From NCBI GenBank assembly GCA_963746765.1, contig CAVVCN010000002.1, positions 139,362 through 203,361 on the forward strand: 64,000 nt of DNA, written 5' to 3'. How positions within the stretch are numbered: position 1 is the stretch's first letter; each line of letters starts with the position of its first letter. The DNA comes from an uncultured Actinomycetes bacterium (lineage in GTDB: Bacteria; Actinomycetota; Thermoleophilia; Gaiellales; Gaiellaceae). A program made the translations under genes and the position numbers. The notes beneath the pieces are model-generated. The model was not told the origin of the DNA, searched no databases, and saw only the letters and a list, made by a program, of their open reading frames with translations. Positions 1-8,903 of the stretch are shown here, piece after piece.

Positions 1-1
1 G

Positions 2-934
2 ATGGTCCTGAAGCCCGCCGAGCAGACGCCCCTGTCCGCGCTCGCGATCGCCGCGCTCGCAGAGGAAGCCGGCGTGCCGCCGGGCGTCTTCTCCATCGTG
101 ACCGGTGCTGCCGAGGACGCGCCCGAGATCGGGCGCGAGCTGACCTCCAACCCGCTCGTTCGCAAGCTCGGCTTCACCGGCTCGACCGAGATCGGGAAGC
201 TGCTCATGGCGCAGTGCGCGCCGGGGCTCAAGAAGGTCTCGCTCGAGCTCGGCGGGAATGCGCCGCTCATCGTCTTCGACGACGCGGACGTGGACGAAGC
301 GGTCGCCGGCGCCGTCATCTGCAAGTTCCGGAACTCCGGCCAGACGTGCATCTCCGCGAACCGCATGCTCGTCCAGGACGGGATCTACGACGAGTTCGTC
401 GCCCGCTTCACCGAAGCCGTCCGCGGACTGAAGGTCGCCGACGGCTTCACGCCCGGCGTCAACGTCGGGCCGCTCATCGACGAGCCCGCGCTCGAAAAGG
501 TCGAGCGTCATGTCTCGGACGCGGTCGGCGGCGGCGCGGAAGTGCTCGTCGGCGGCGAGAAGATCGACGGTCAGTTCTTCCAGCCGTCCGTGCTCGTCGA
601 CGTGACCGCCGACATGGCGATGAGCTCCGAGGAGACGTTCGGCCCGGTTGCGGGGATCGCGCGGTTCGCGAGCGAGGACGAGGCGATCCGCGTCGCGAAC
701 GACACGCCGTACGGCCTCGCTGCGTACTTCTTCTCGCAGGGCCTCGCACGCGTGACCCGCGTCGCCGAGGCGCTCGAGTACGGGATCCTCGGGATCAACA
801 CCGGTCTCATCTCCACCGAGGTCGCCCCGTTCGGCGGCGTGAAGGAGTCGGGCATCGGGCGTGAGGGATCGTCGTACGGGATCGACGAATGGCTCGAGCT
901 GAAGTACTGGGCGGTCGGTGGGATGACGCCGTGA
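2..934 (+). CDS. gabD: NAD(P)+-dependent aldehyde dehydrogenase, succinate-semialdehyde dehydrogenase-like (5' end lies outside the window)
   Basis: ORF is open to the window edge. ALDH motifs ELGGNAP (catalytic Glu), NSGQTCISANR (catalytic Cys) and EETFGPV are present. Overall pattern matches GabD-type SSADH. Confidence 0.85.
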   Translation: MVLKPAEQTPLSALAIAALAEEAGVPPGVFSIVTGAAEDAPEIGRELTSNPLVRKLGFTGSTEIGKLLMAQCAPGLKKVSLELGGNAPLIVFDDADVDEAVAGAVICKFRNSGQTCISANRMLVQDGIYDEFVARFTEAVRGLKVADGFTPGVNVGPLIDEPALEKVERHVSDAVGGGAEVLVGGEKIDGQFFQPSVLVDVTADMAMSSEETFGPVAGIARFASEDEAIRVANDTPYGLAAYFFSQGLARVTRVAEALEYGILGINTGLISTEVAPFGGVKESGIGREGSSYGIDEWLELKYWAVGGMTP

Positions 935-1245
935 TCGTCGAGCAGCGCGACTACCACGTGTACACCGGCCGGCTGCCCGAGCTCGTTCGCCTGTACGAGA
1001 CGGAGGGCATCCCGCTGCAACAGGAGATCCTCGGCGGGCTCGTCGGCGCGTTCACCACGGACGTCGGCGCGCTCTCGACGTACACGACGCTCTGGAGCTA
1101 CGACTCGTACGCCGAGCGCGAGGAGAAACGGGCGCGGCTCCAGTCGGACGGGCGCTGGGTCGCCTTCCTCGCGAAAGTGCAGCCGCTCATGCACACACAG
1201 CAGAATCGGATCCTCGTTCCGACCGCCTTCTCACCACTGCAGTGA
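931..1245 (+). CDS. NIPSNAP family protein
   Basis: GTG at 931 overlaps the upstream stop (GTGA). About 104 aa. VEQRDYHVYTGRLPE...TLWSYDSYAEREE resembles NIPSNAP dimeric alpha/beta-barrel proteins. Confidence 0.65.
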   Translation: MIVEQRDYHVYTGRLPELVRLYETEGIPLQQEILGGLVGAFTTDVGALSTYTTLWSYDSYAEREEKRARLQSDGRWVAFLAKVQPLMHTQQNRILVPTAFSPLQ

Positions 1246-1258
1246 CGGCAGAGCGCTG

Positions 1259-1978
1259 ATGGGGCAGCTCGAGGGCAAGGTTGCGATCGTCACGGGGGCG
1301 GCGCAGGGGATCGGGCGGGCGATCGCGGACGGGCTCGCGGCCGAGGGCGCGACGGTCGCGGTCGTCGACCTGAACCCGCCGGAGGACGGAATCCGCGCGG
1401 ACGTCTCCTCGGAGGCAGACGTGACCCGGATGGTCGACGAGGTGCGCGACCGCCACGGGCGCATCGACATCCTCGTGAACAACGCCGGCCTGTACGCGTC
1501 GCTCGAGATGCGCGCGTTCACCGACATCCCCCTCGAGGAGTGGAACCGGGTGATGGAGGTGAACGTCGCGTCCATGTTCCTCACCTGCCGCGCGGTCGTT
1601 CCGGTCATGCGCGGCCAGGGCGGCGGCAAGATCGTGAACATCTCGTCGGGGACGCCGTTTCGCGGTGTGCCCTTCCTCCTGCACTACGTGACGAGCAAGG
1701 GAGCGATCGTGGCCCTGACCCGCGCGCTCGCGAAGGAGCTCGGCAAGGACGGGATCCACGTGAATTGCGTCGCGCCCGGTTTCACGATGTCCGACGGGGT
1801 GAAGGCCAACCCTGACGTGGTCGAGAAGCTCCGCGACGTCTCGGTCGCCGCGCGGACGATCCAGCGCGATCAGGTGCCGGAGGACGTGGTGGGCGCGGTC
1901 GTCTTCCTCTGCACCCCCGGAGCCGACTTCGTCACCGGACAGACGATGGTCATCGACGGTGGCCAGTACTTCCACTGA
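1259..1978 (+). CDS. SDR family oxidoreductase
   Basis: TGAAQGIG dinucleotide motif, NNAG, catalytic YxxxK (YVTSK); 239 aa. Confidence 0.9.
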   Translation: MGQLEGKVAIVTGAAQGIGRAIADGLAAEGATVAVVDLNPPEDGIRADVSSEADVTRMVDEVRDRHGRIDILVNNAGLYASLEMRAFTDIPLEEWNRVMEVNVASMFLTCRAVVPVMRGQGGGKIVNISSGTPFRGVPFLLHYVTSKGAIVALTRALAKELGKDGIHVNCVAPGFTMSDGVKANPDVVEKLRDVSVAARTIQRDQVPEDVVGAVVFLCTPGADFVTGQTMVIDGGQYFH

Positions 1979-1988
1979 GGAGGAGCAC

Positions 1989-3179
1989 ATGACCCGCACC
2001 GCTCGTCTCACCGCAGTCATCGCCGTCACGCTCGCCGCGACGGCGGCCGTCGTCGCCCTCGCCGGGTCGGCCGCGGCCACGCAGCCCCGCGACGCGGCGT
2101 CGACGGGCAACGGCGTGCCCGGCCTCGTCGGCATGGATCACGTCGGCCTCACCGTCCCGGACATCGACGAGGCAGTGGCGTGGTTCCGTGAGGTGATGGG
2201 GTGTAGCGCTCCGCTCACGTTCGGGCCGTTCTCGGATCCCGAGGGAACCTTCATGCAGGATCTCCTGGGCGTCCATCCGCGTGCGGTCATCGAGCAGATC
2301 ACGATGATCCGGTGCGGCCGCAGCGCGAACATCGAGCTCTTCGAGTACGAGGCGCCCGACCAGGTGACGACGATCCCGCGGAACTCCGACTGGGCGGGTC
2401 ATCACGTCGCGTTCTACGTGCACGACATCGACGCTGCGGTCGCGCACATGGTCTCGAAGGGCGTCCGGAAGCTCCTCGGCCCGCTCCCCGTCACCGACGG
2501 GCCCGCCGCCGGGCAGTCGATCAACTACTTCCAGGCCCCCTGGGGCACATATTTGGAGCTGATCAGCTACCCGCAGGGCATGGCGTACGAGCGCGATCCA
2601 GGGAAGCCGCTTTGGTCGCCGAAACGGAACGGCCTGCGCCCTGTGGTGACGAGCGTGCCGGGGCTCCTCGGCGTCGATCACGCCGGCATCACGGTGCCGG
2701 ACGTCGCCGAGGCGGTCGCCTGGCTCGAGGACGTCGTCGGCTGTCGCGCGCCGCTCACGTTCGGACCGTTCTCCGACCCCGTCGGGACGTTCATGCAGGA
2801 CCTCCTCGACGTCGACCCACGGGCGGTGATCGACCGGATCACGCTGGTCCGCTGCGGCAGCGGTCCGAGCATCGAGCTCTTCGACTACGACGCGCCGGGC
2901 CAGGACCGGACGTTCCGGAAGAACTCCGACTTCGGCGGCAAGCACATCGCGCTCTACGTCCGCCACATCGACAAGGCGGTGGCATACCTCGAGGCGCGCG
3001 GCGCCGAGAAGCTGCTCGGCCCGCTCGCGGTGACGGACGGCCCTGCAGCCGGACAGTCGATCAACTACTTCCGGGCGCCGTTCGGCACGTACATCGAGCT
3101 GATCAGCTACCCGAAGGGGATGGCGTACGAGAAGACCGCGGACGTACGGCTCTGGGATCCCCGGGACAACCGTCCGTAG
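1989..3179 (+). CDS. secreted protein made of two tandem VOC (glyoxalase/dioxygenase-fold) units
   Basis: ATG 1989 is preceded by GAGGAGGAG. N-terminal signal-like segment MTRTARLTAVIAVTLAATAAVVALAGSAAA. Two units of about 180 aa each start VPGL(V/L)G(M/V)DH(V/A)G(L/I)TVPD and end ELISYP(Q/K)GMAYE. Confidence 0.75.
   Translation: MTRTARLTAVIAVTLAATAAVVALAGSAAATQPRDAASTGNGVPGLVGMDHVGLTVPDIDEAVAWFREVMGCSAPLTFGPFSDPEGTFMQDLLGVHPRAVIEQITMIRCGRSANIELFEYEAPDQVTTIPRNSDWAGHHVAFYVHDIDAAVAHMVSKGVRKLLGPLPVTDGPAAGQSINYFQAPWGTYLELISYPQGMAYERDPGKPLWSPKRNGLRPVVTSVPGLLGVDHAGITVPDVAEAVAWLEDVVGCRAPLTFGPFSDPVGTFMQDLLDVDPRAVIDRITLVRCGSGPSIELFDYDAPGQDRTFRKNSDFGGKHIALYVRHIDKAVAYLEARGAEKLLGPLAVTDGPAAGQSINYFRAPFGTYIELISYPKGMAYEKTADVRLWDPRDNRP
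2115..3176 (+). repeat. intragenic tandem duplication (unit 1 2115-2654, unit 2 2655-3176; period 540 nt)
   Basis: The two units align colinearly at nucleotide level. Example 1: ccgctcacgttcgggccgttctc / ccgctcacgttcggaccgttctc. Example 2: cagtcgatcaactacttcc...gagctgatcagctacccg in both. They are diverged but in frame. Confidence 0.8.
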
Positions 3180-3182
3180 CGT

Positions 3183-3725
3183 GTGCGCCTGAGCCTCTAC
3201 GAGCACCCGGCGGGAGTCGAGCTCGAGGGCGGGGTCGCCGTCGCCTACGACGTCGCAGCCGACGACGCGAGGCTTGCGCCGGCGCGGATCGACGGGCGCG
3301 CGTTCGTCTGGTGGCTCGGTGCGGACCCTCCGGCCGATGACGTGATCCCGGCGCTCTCCGCCGACGTCGAGCTCGGCCCGGGTGCATGGGTCCTGCGCTG
3401 TGACCGCGTCGACTTCCCGCCCGGCGGCGTCGCCTACCGTCACGTCCATCCCGGGCCGGGCATCCGGCGGCTGCTCTTCGGCGAGCTGACGATCGACTCG
3501 GCCGAGGGCACGCACACGCACCGAGCGGGCGACTCGTGGTTCGAGGGGGCGGACTTCCCCGTGCTCGCAACGGCCTCGGCGGACGAGGACAGCGCCTTCG
3601 TCCGGGTGCTGCTCCTGCCCGCGGGGTGGGCGGGCAGGCGCACGATCCGCTACCTCGATCCGGCCGACGAGGCGAGGCCGAAGCTCCAGCGCGCGACGGT
3701 CCTGCTCGAGGAGCCGCTCGGGTGA
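3183..3725 (+). CDS. cupin domain protein
   Basis: GTG start 4 nt after the upstream stop. Cupin-like YRHVHPGPGIRRLLFGELT...HTHRAGDSWFE; 180 aa. Confidence 0.6.
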   Translation: MRLSLYEHPAGVELEGGVAVAYDVAADDARLAPARIDGRAFVWWLGADPPADDVIPALSADVELGPGAWVLRCDRVDFPPGGVAYRHVHPGPGIRRLLFGELTIDSAEGTHTHRAGDSWFEGADFPVLATASADEDSAFVRVLLLPAGWAGRRTIRYLDPADEARPKLQRATVLLEEPLG

Positions 3726-5368
3726 GGACCGGAGGGCAGATCCTCGTCGACCAGCTCGAGCTGAACGGCGCCGACCTCGCGTTCTGCCTTCCCGGGGAGA
3801 GCTTCCTCCCGGTACTCGACGCGCTCTACGACTCGTCGATCCGGCTCGTCTCGTGTCGGCACGAGCAGGGCGCTGCGAACGCGGCCGAGGCTTACGGGAA
3901 GCTCACGGGACGGCCCGGGATCTGCATCGTGACTCGGGGCCCCGGCGCGACGCAGGCCGCCGTCGGCGTGCACACGGCGAAGCAGGACTCGACCCCGATG
4001 CTCCTGCTCGTCGGCCAGGTTCCTCGCGCGTTCCGCGGTCGGGAGGCGTGGCAGGAGCTCGACTACGAGCGGGTCTTCGGCGGCATCGCGAAGGCCGCGT
4101 GGGAGGTCGAGAGCGCGGCGCGGGTCCCGGAAGACGCCGCGCGCGCGTACGAGCTGGCGCTCTCCGGCCGCCCCGGGCCGGTCGTCCTGGGTCTGCCCGA
4201 GGACATGCTCGCCGAGGAGGCCGACGCTCCGGACGGCGCTCCGGTCACGATCGAGCCCGCGCCGCCCGGGAGGGACGAGCTGGCCCGGCTGCGCGAACTG
4301 CTCGCCCTCGCCGAGCGCCCGCTCGTGGTGGTCGGCGAGGGCGGCTGGACACAGGCGGTCGGCGACGGCGTGCTCGCGTTCTGCGAGGCGAACGAGCTGC
4401 CGGTCGCGTGCTCGTTCCGCTGCCAGGACTTCGTGGACAACCGCTCGCCCTCGTACGTCGGCGTGCTCGGCGTCGCGATGGACGACGCGCTCGGCGCGCG
4501 GCTGCGGGATGCGGACTTCGTGCTCGCCGTCGGTGGCCGGCTGGGCGAGGTGCCGACGCGGCGGTACACGCTCCTCGAGCCACCGCGGCCCCGTCAGACG
4601 CTCGCGCACGTGCACCCGGACCCCGATGCGCTCCGCGGCGTCTACGAGCCGGAGCTCGCGATCGCGGCCGGACTACCCGCTTTCGCGTCGGCGCTCGCCG
4701 AAGTGGAACCGCTCGCTGCGAGCTGGGGCGATTGGACGCGGGCCGCCCGCGCCGACTACGAGCAGAATCTCCGGCACGAGCCGATGGAGGGCCCGGTCGA
4801 TCTCGGCGAGGTCATGGCCTTCCTCCGCCGCCGTCTTCCGCCGGACGCGGTCCAGACCTGTGGCGCCGGCAACTTCACGGTCTGGGCCCACCGGTTCGCG
4901 GAGTTCTCGCGGTTCGGGACGCAGGCCTGTCCACGGAGCGGCTCGATGGGGTACGGCGTCGCCGCGGCGGTCGCGGCGAAGCTCGTCCATCCGGATCGGA
5001 TCGCGCTCTGCTTCACGGGCGACGGCGACTTCGTCATGAGCTCGCCCGAGCTCGCGACCGCGGTGCAGTACGACCTCCCGATCGTCGTGCTGCTCGTGAA
5101 CAACGGGATGTTCGCGACGATCCGGATGCACCAGGAGCGGCAGTATCCGGGCCGAGTGATCGGGACGGATCTCGAGAACCCCGACTTCGTCGCCCTCGCG
5201 CACGCGTACGGCTGCTTCGCGGAGCGCGTCGAGCGCACGGGCGGCTTCGAGGCGGCATTCGAGCGAGCTCTCGAGTCGGGCAAGCCCGCGCTGCTCGAGC
5301 TGCGGGTCGATCCGGAGCGCATTAGCCCGCGCGTCCGGCTGAGCGAGCTCCAGGCGAGGGCGGGATGA
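3722..5368 (+). CDS. thiamine-diphosphate-dependent enzyme (acetolactate synthase-like family)
   Basis: GTG 3722 overlaps the cupin stop (GTGA). N-terminal ILVDQLELNGADLAFCLPGES, RHEQGAANAAEAYGKLTGRPGICIVTRGPGATQ. ThDP motif GDGDFVMSSPELATAVQYDLPIVVLLVNNG. The longer ORF from 3536 is rejected because its upstream part is Arg/Gly-rich shadow. Confidence 0.85.
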   Translation: MRTGGQILVDQLELNGADLAFCLPGESFLPVLDALYDSSIRLVSCRHEQGAANAAEAYGKLTGRPGICIVTRGPGATQAAVGVHTAKQDSTPMLLLVGQVPRAFRGREAWQELDYERVFGGIAKAAWEVESAARVPEDAARAYELALSGRPGPVVLGLPEDMLAEEADAPDGAPVTIEPAPPGRDELARLRELLALAERPLVVVGEGGWTQAVGDGVLAFCEANELPVACSFRCQDFVDNRSPSYVGVLGVAMDDALGARLRDADFVLAVGGRLGEVPTRRYTLLEPPRPRQTLAHVHPDPDALRGVYEPELAIAAGLPAFASALAEVEPLAASWGDWTRAARADYEQNLRHEPMEGPVDLGEVMAFLRRRLPPDAVQTCGAGNFTVWAHRFAEFSRFGTQACPRSGSMGYGVAAAVAAKLVHPDRIALCFTGDGDFVMSSPELATAVQYDLPIVVLLVNNGMFATIRMHQERQYPGRVIGTDLENPDFVALAHAYGCFAERVERTGGFEAAFERALESGKPALLELRVDPERISPRVRLSELQARAG

Positions 5369-5754
5369 GTCGCGAGGAGATCCGCCTGGACGAGCTCGCG
5401 GAGCCGATCTCGCACTTCACGGACGCCGTGCGCGCGGGGAACCTGCTCTACGTCTCCGGGATCGTCGCCGTCGACGGCGACGGCCGGCTCGTCGGTGGGG
5501 ACGACGTCGTCGCGCAGGCGCGGCAGGTCTTCGCGAGCATGGGCGCAGTTCTCGCCGCCGGCGGCTGCGGGTTCCAGGACGTCGTGAAGGTCACCGTCTA
5601 TCTGACGGACGTGGACGACCGGCCGCTCATCAACCCGGTCCGGCAGGAGGTGTTCGGCTCCTCGCGGCCAGCGAGCACGCTGGTCGAGGTCTCTCGTCTC
5701 GCCGTCGAGGGTGCGAAGGTCGAGGTCGAGGCGATCGCCGTCGTGCCCGCATGA
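5365..5754 (+). CDS. RidA family protein (reactive enamine/imine deaminase)
   Basis: ATGA overlap with the upstream gene; 129 aa. LLYVSG...VVKVTVYLTD...ASTLVEVSRLA is the typical YjgF/RidA pattern. Confidence 0.85.
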   Translation: MSREEIRLDELAEPISHFTDAVRAGNLLYVSGIVAVDGDGRLVGGDDVVAQARQVFASMGAVLAAGGCGFQDVVKVTVYLTDVDDRPLINPVRQEVFGSSRPASTLVEVSRLAVEGAKVEVEAIAVVPA

Positions 5755-6863
5755 GCCAGGACGAGCTCAACGCCTTCATCACCCGGGTCGAGCCGGAGAG
5801 CGAGCGGCGGCCGGGGCCGCTGTCGGGGCGGACGCTGGGGGTCAAGGATCTCTTCGACACCGCCGGGATCCGCACGACGTACGGCTCCGGCATCTATGCG
5901 GACCACGTACCCGAGCGGACCGCGGTCGCCGCCCAGCGCCTGCTCGACGCGGGCGCAGTGCTCATCGGGAAGACGCATCTGCCCGAGTTCGCGTGGGGTG
6001 TGCTGGGCCAGAACCCGTGGTTCGGGACGTGCGAGAACCCGACGTATCCGGGGAAGACGACCGGCGGCTCCTCGAGCGGCTCGGCGGCCGCGCTCGCCGG
6101 GGGCCTCTGCGAGCTCGCGCTCGGATCGGACACGGGCTGCTCCGTCAGGCTTCCCTCGGCCGCGTGCGAGGTGGTGGGGCTGAAGTCGGAGTGGGGGTTG
6201 ATCCCGATGGACGGCGCCTTCCCGCTCGTGCCGCTCCTGGACAGTGCCGGCCCGATGGCGCGCACCGTCTCGGACGTGGCGGTCATGTGGTCGGTCCTCG
6301 CACAGCAGCCGGTGCCGGATCCGAGGCTGGACGGGCTCACGGTCGGCCTCATGCGGCAGCCGCCGGGCATCGGCGACGGCCGCGCCACGGAGACGAGCGA
6401 CGCTGCGGAGGAGTGGGTCTCGGACCTCGAGCGTCTCGGCGCGCGCGTCGTCGAGGCCTCGGTCCCGGATCCGGAGGCGAATACGTGGCCGCAGTTCCAG
6501 CACGAGGCGGTGCAGTCGCACGCAGCGACGTTCCCGATGAGGAGCGGCGAGTACGGCGAGGTGATGCGGAAGAAGCTCGAGTCCGCCCAGCGCGCCAACC
6601 CCGACGACGTCGTCGCGGCGTACCGCGCGATCGAGCGGTGGCGCCGCTACGAGCTCGACGTCGACCTCTACGTCAGCCCGTGCTACGCGATCGAGCTGCC
6701 GGATCAGGATGCGGACGAGCTCGAGGTGCGGCTCCCGCTCACGTCGTTCCTGCGCTGGGTGAACATCGTCGGCTGGGCCGGCCTCGCGATCGGGAACATG
6801 CAGCTGATCGCGCCGCGGGACGAGGTCGTGCTCGCGGCCGGGCTCGCCTGGGAGCGCGGCTAG
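5751..6863 (+). CDS. amidase (amidase-signature family, short form)
   Basis: ATGA overlap. VKDLFDTAG (catalytic Lys region) and GGSSSGSAAALA...GSDTGCSVRLPSA signature. Confidence 0.85.
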   Translation: MSQDELNAFITRVEPESERRPGPLSGRTLGVKDLFDTAGIRTTYGSGIYADHVPERTAVAAQRLLDAGAVLIGKTHLPEFAWGVLGQNPWFGTCENPTYPGKTTGGSSSGSAAALAGGLCELALGSDTGCSVRLPSAACEVVGLKSEWGLIPMDGAFPLVPLLDSAGPMARTVSDVAVMWSVLAQQPVPDPRLDGLTVGLMRQPPGIGDGRATETSDAAEEWVSDLERLGARVVEASVPDPEANTWPQFQHEAVQSHAATFPMRSGEYGEVMRKKLESAQRANPDDVVAAYRAIERWRRYELDVDLYVSPCYAIELPDQDADELEVRLPLTSFLRWVNIVGWAGLAIGNMQLIAPRDEVVLAAGLAWERG

Positions 6864-6914
6864 ACGGCGAGCGAGGCGGGACGATCGGCGGCGCGGAAGG
6901 TAGCGTCTCGTCCG

Positions 6915-7679
6915 GTGAAGGTCGTGGTCGCAGCAGCCATCGTCGTCCCGCTGCTCGCCGCCGGGCTCGCGTCCGGGTGCGGCGGAGACGACGACGCGGC
7001 CGACCCGCCGACGCTCGAGAACGTGCCGTGGGTGCTGACGTCCGGCGTGGACGTCGAGGGCTGGGAGGCGGTGGCTCCGGGCATCCGCTTCGGCCCCTCG
7101 AGGTTCGGCGGCTCGACCGGCTGCAACCGGTACGGCGGCTCGTACACCGTCGACGGCGACATGCTCGATCTCGGCGAGATCGCAGCGACGCTCATCGCCT
7201 GCCCGCCGCCGGCCGATGCCGTCGAGCGGGCCTACCTCGCGGCGCTCGAGCGCGTCGCCCGCTGGAGCGTCGACGACGACGAGCTCACGCTCCTCGACGC
7301 CGACGAGGCCGAGGTGCTCCTCTTCGTCGCGGCGACACCGTCGGGCGAGTGGGAAGTGACGGCGTTTGCGCGCGACACCGGCGTGACGTCGCCGATCGTC
7401 GGCACGGAGCTCACGGCGTCGTTCGAGGGCGGGCGGCTGACCGGGTCGGCCGGCTGCAACACGTACACGACGTCGTACACGCTCGATGGCGAGGCGATCG
7501 CGATCGAGCCCGCCGCCGCTACCCGCAAGCTCTGCCCGGGTCCACCCGGCGTGATGGAGCAGGAGACCGCGTACCTGGCGGCGCTCACCGAGGCGGCTCG
7601 CTTCGGCGTCGTCGGTGGCTCGCTCGAGCTACAGCGCGAAGACGGCACGATCGTCGCCACGTTCGCCCGCCCGACCTAG
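6915..7679 (+). CDS. lipoprotein with two META (HslJ-like) domains
   Basis: GTG start; lipobox LASGC followed by GGDDD. Two copies of the META pattern: STGCNRYGGSYTVDG...IACP and SAGCNTYTTSYTLDG...KLCP. Confidence 0.7.
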   Translation: MKVVVAAAIVVPLLAAGLASGCGGDDDAADPPTLENVPWVLTSGVDVEGWEAVAPGIRFGPSRFGGSTGCNRYGGSYTVDGDMLDLGEIAATLIACPPPADAVERAYLAALERVARWSVDDDELTLLDADEAEVLLFVAATPSGEWEVTAFARDTGVTSPIVGTELTASFEGGRLTGSAGCNTYTTSYTLDGEAIAIEPAAATRKLCPGPPGVMEQETAYLAALTEAARFGVVGGSLELQREDGTIVATFARPT

Positions 7680-7721
7680 GCGAGCTCGCACTCTGCGGCC
7701 GCGCGCCGCAATCGATTATCG

Positions 7722-8903
7722 ATGCGTTCTCCGTTGAAAGCCGGTCGGCAGCTTGGTACGGTCGCCCCGCTGGTGGTGGAGAGACTCCGTCAAGGGGGTG
7801 TCGCTCAGCTAGCGCCCAGGCTCGTTGCGGGCGGGCTGGTCCTGTTCGGCATCCTGTACGTACTCGTCCTCGCCCAGCCTGCCCCGCTCGAGGGCGGCGG
7901 GAACTGGCGCACCACGACCTTCGGCTCGGCGTTCGACGATTTCGGCGCCTTTCTGATCACGATCCTCGACGGGCTGACCTTCGCGGGCCTGCTCTTCATC
8001 GTCGCGAGCGGGTTCTCGCTCATCTTCGGGCTCATGCGCGTCGTGAACATGGCCCACGGCGCGTTCTACCTGCTCGGCGGCTACATCGCGTACGAGGTGC
8101 AGCAACGAATGGCCGGATCCGGGTTCACGCTCCAGTCCGGCGAGGTCGGCACGCTCGACTGGGTCGTTCCGTGGCTCGTCGCGATGGTCTGCATCGGCCT
8201 CTTCGGCCTGGCGGTGCAGCAACTGCTCCTCCGCTGGAACCAGGGTCAGGACCTTCGCCAGGCGCTCATCACGATCGCGGTCTCGGTGATCGTCGCCGAC
8301 CAGGTCATCGCGCACTTCCCGCGCACGGTCCCGGCCGGCACGCAACAGTTCGGCGGCAACGCGGTCACGATCACCTGGCCGGGCTGGACGAATCAGTTCG
8401 TCGACCTGCACATCGCCGGCGTGAGCTACTCGCTGGCGCGGATCGTGATGCTCGGGCTCGGCGTCGGGGTCGGCATCGCACTCTGGCTCTGGCTCCAGCG
8501 CACGAAGACCGGGATGGTGATCCGCGCCGGCGTCGACGACCGGCAGATGACCTCGGCGCTCGGCATCAACATCCAGGTGACCTTCGCGATCGCGTTCCTC
8601 GTCGGCTCCGCGCTCGCTGCCTTCGGCGCCGTGGTCGGCGGCTCCCAGTCGTCGATCGCGCAGGGACAGGACGGACAGTGGCTCCTGTTCTCGCTCGTGG
8701 TCGTGATCATCGGCGGGATGGGCTCGCTCGCGGGCGCTGCAGTGGGCTCGATCCTGTACGGGCTCGTCTTCTCGTTCGCCGTCGCCTACCTGCCGACGAC
8801 GGGCGACAACTGCTGTACGCAGTACTCCGTCGTGCTGACGTTCGTGCTCATGGCGCTCGTGCTCGCCTTCCGGCCCCAGGGGCTCTTCGGGAGGGCCGGA
8901 TGA
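7722..8903 (+). CDS. branched-chain-amino-acid-type (HAAT family) ABC transporter permease, LivH-like
   Basis: Multi-pass hydrophobic protein. GFSLIFGLMRVVNMAHGAFYLLGGY is typical of LivH. It has an N-terminal extension, so the start is uncertain. Confidence 0.8.
   Translation: MRSPLKAGRQLGTVAPLVVERLRQGGVAQLAPRLVAGGLVLFGILYVLVLAQPAPLEGGGNWRTTTFGSAFDDFGAFLITILDGLTFAGLLFIVASGFSLIFGLMRVVNMAHGAFYLLGGYIAYEVQQRMAGSGFTLQSGEVGTLDWVVPWLVAMVCIGLFGLAVQQLLLRWNQGQDLRQALITIAVSVIVADQVIAHFPRTVPAGTQQFGGNAVTITWPGWTNQFVDLHIAGVSYSLARIVMLGLGVGVGIALWLWLQRTKTGMVIRAGVDDRQMTSALGINIQVTFAIAFLVGSALAAFGAVVGGSQSSIAQGQDGQWLLFSLVVVIIGGMGSLAGAAVGSILYGLVFSFAVAYLPTTGDNCCTQYSVVLTFVLMALVLAFRPQGLFGRAG

Noticed and set aside
7680-7721. 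ATCGATtATCGAT direct/palindromic repeat upstream of the first permease gene.
   Set aside because: It is a short, single occurrence made of two copies of a self-complementary hexamer. There is no flanking promoter-like elements or partner site, so it is not enough to call a regulatory site.
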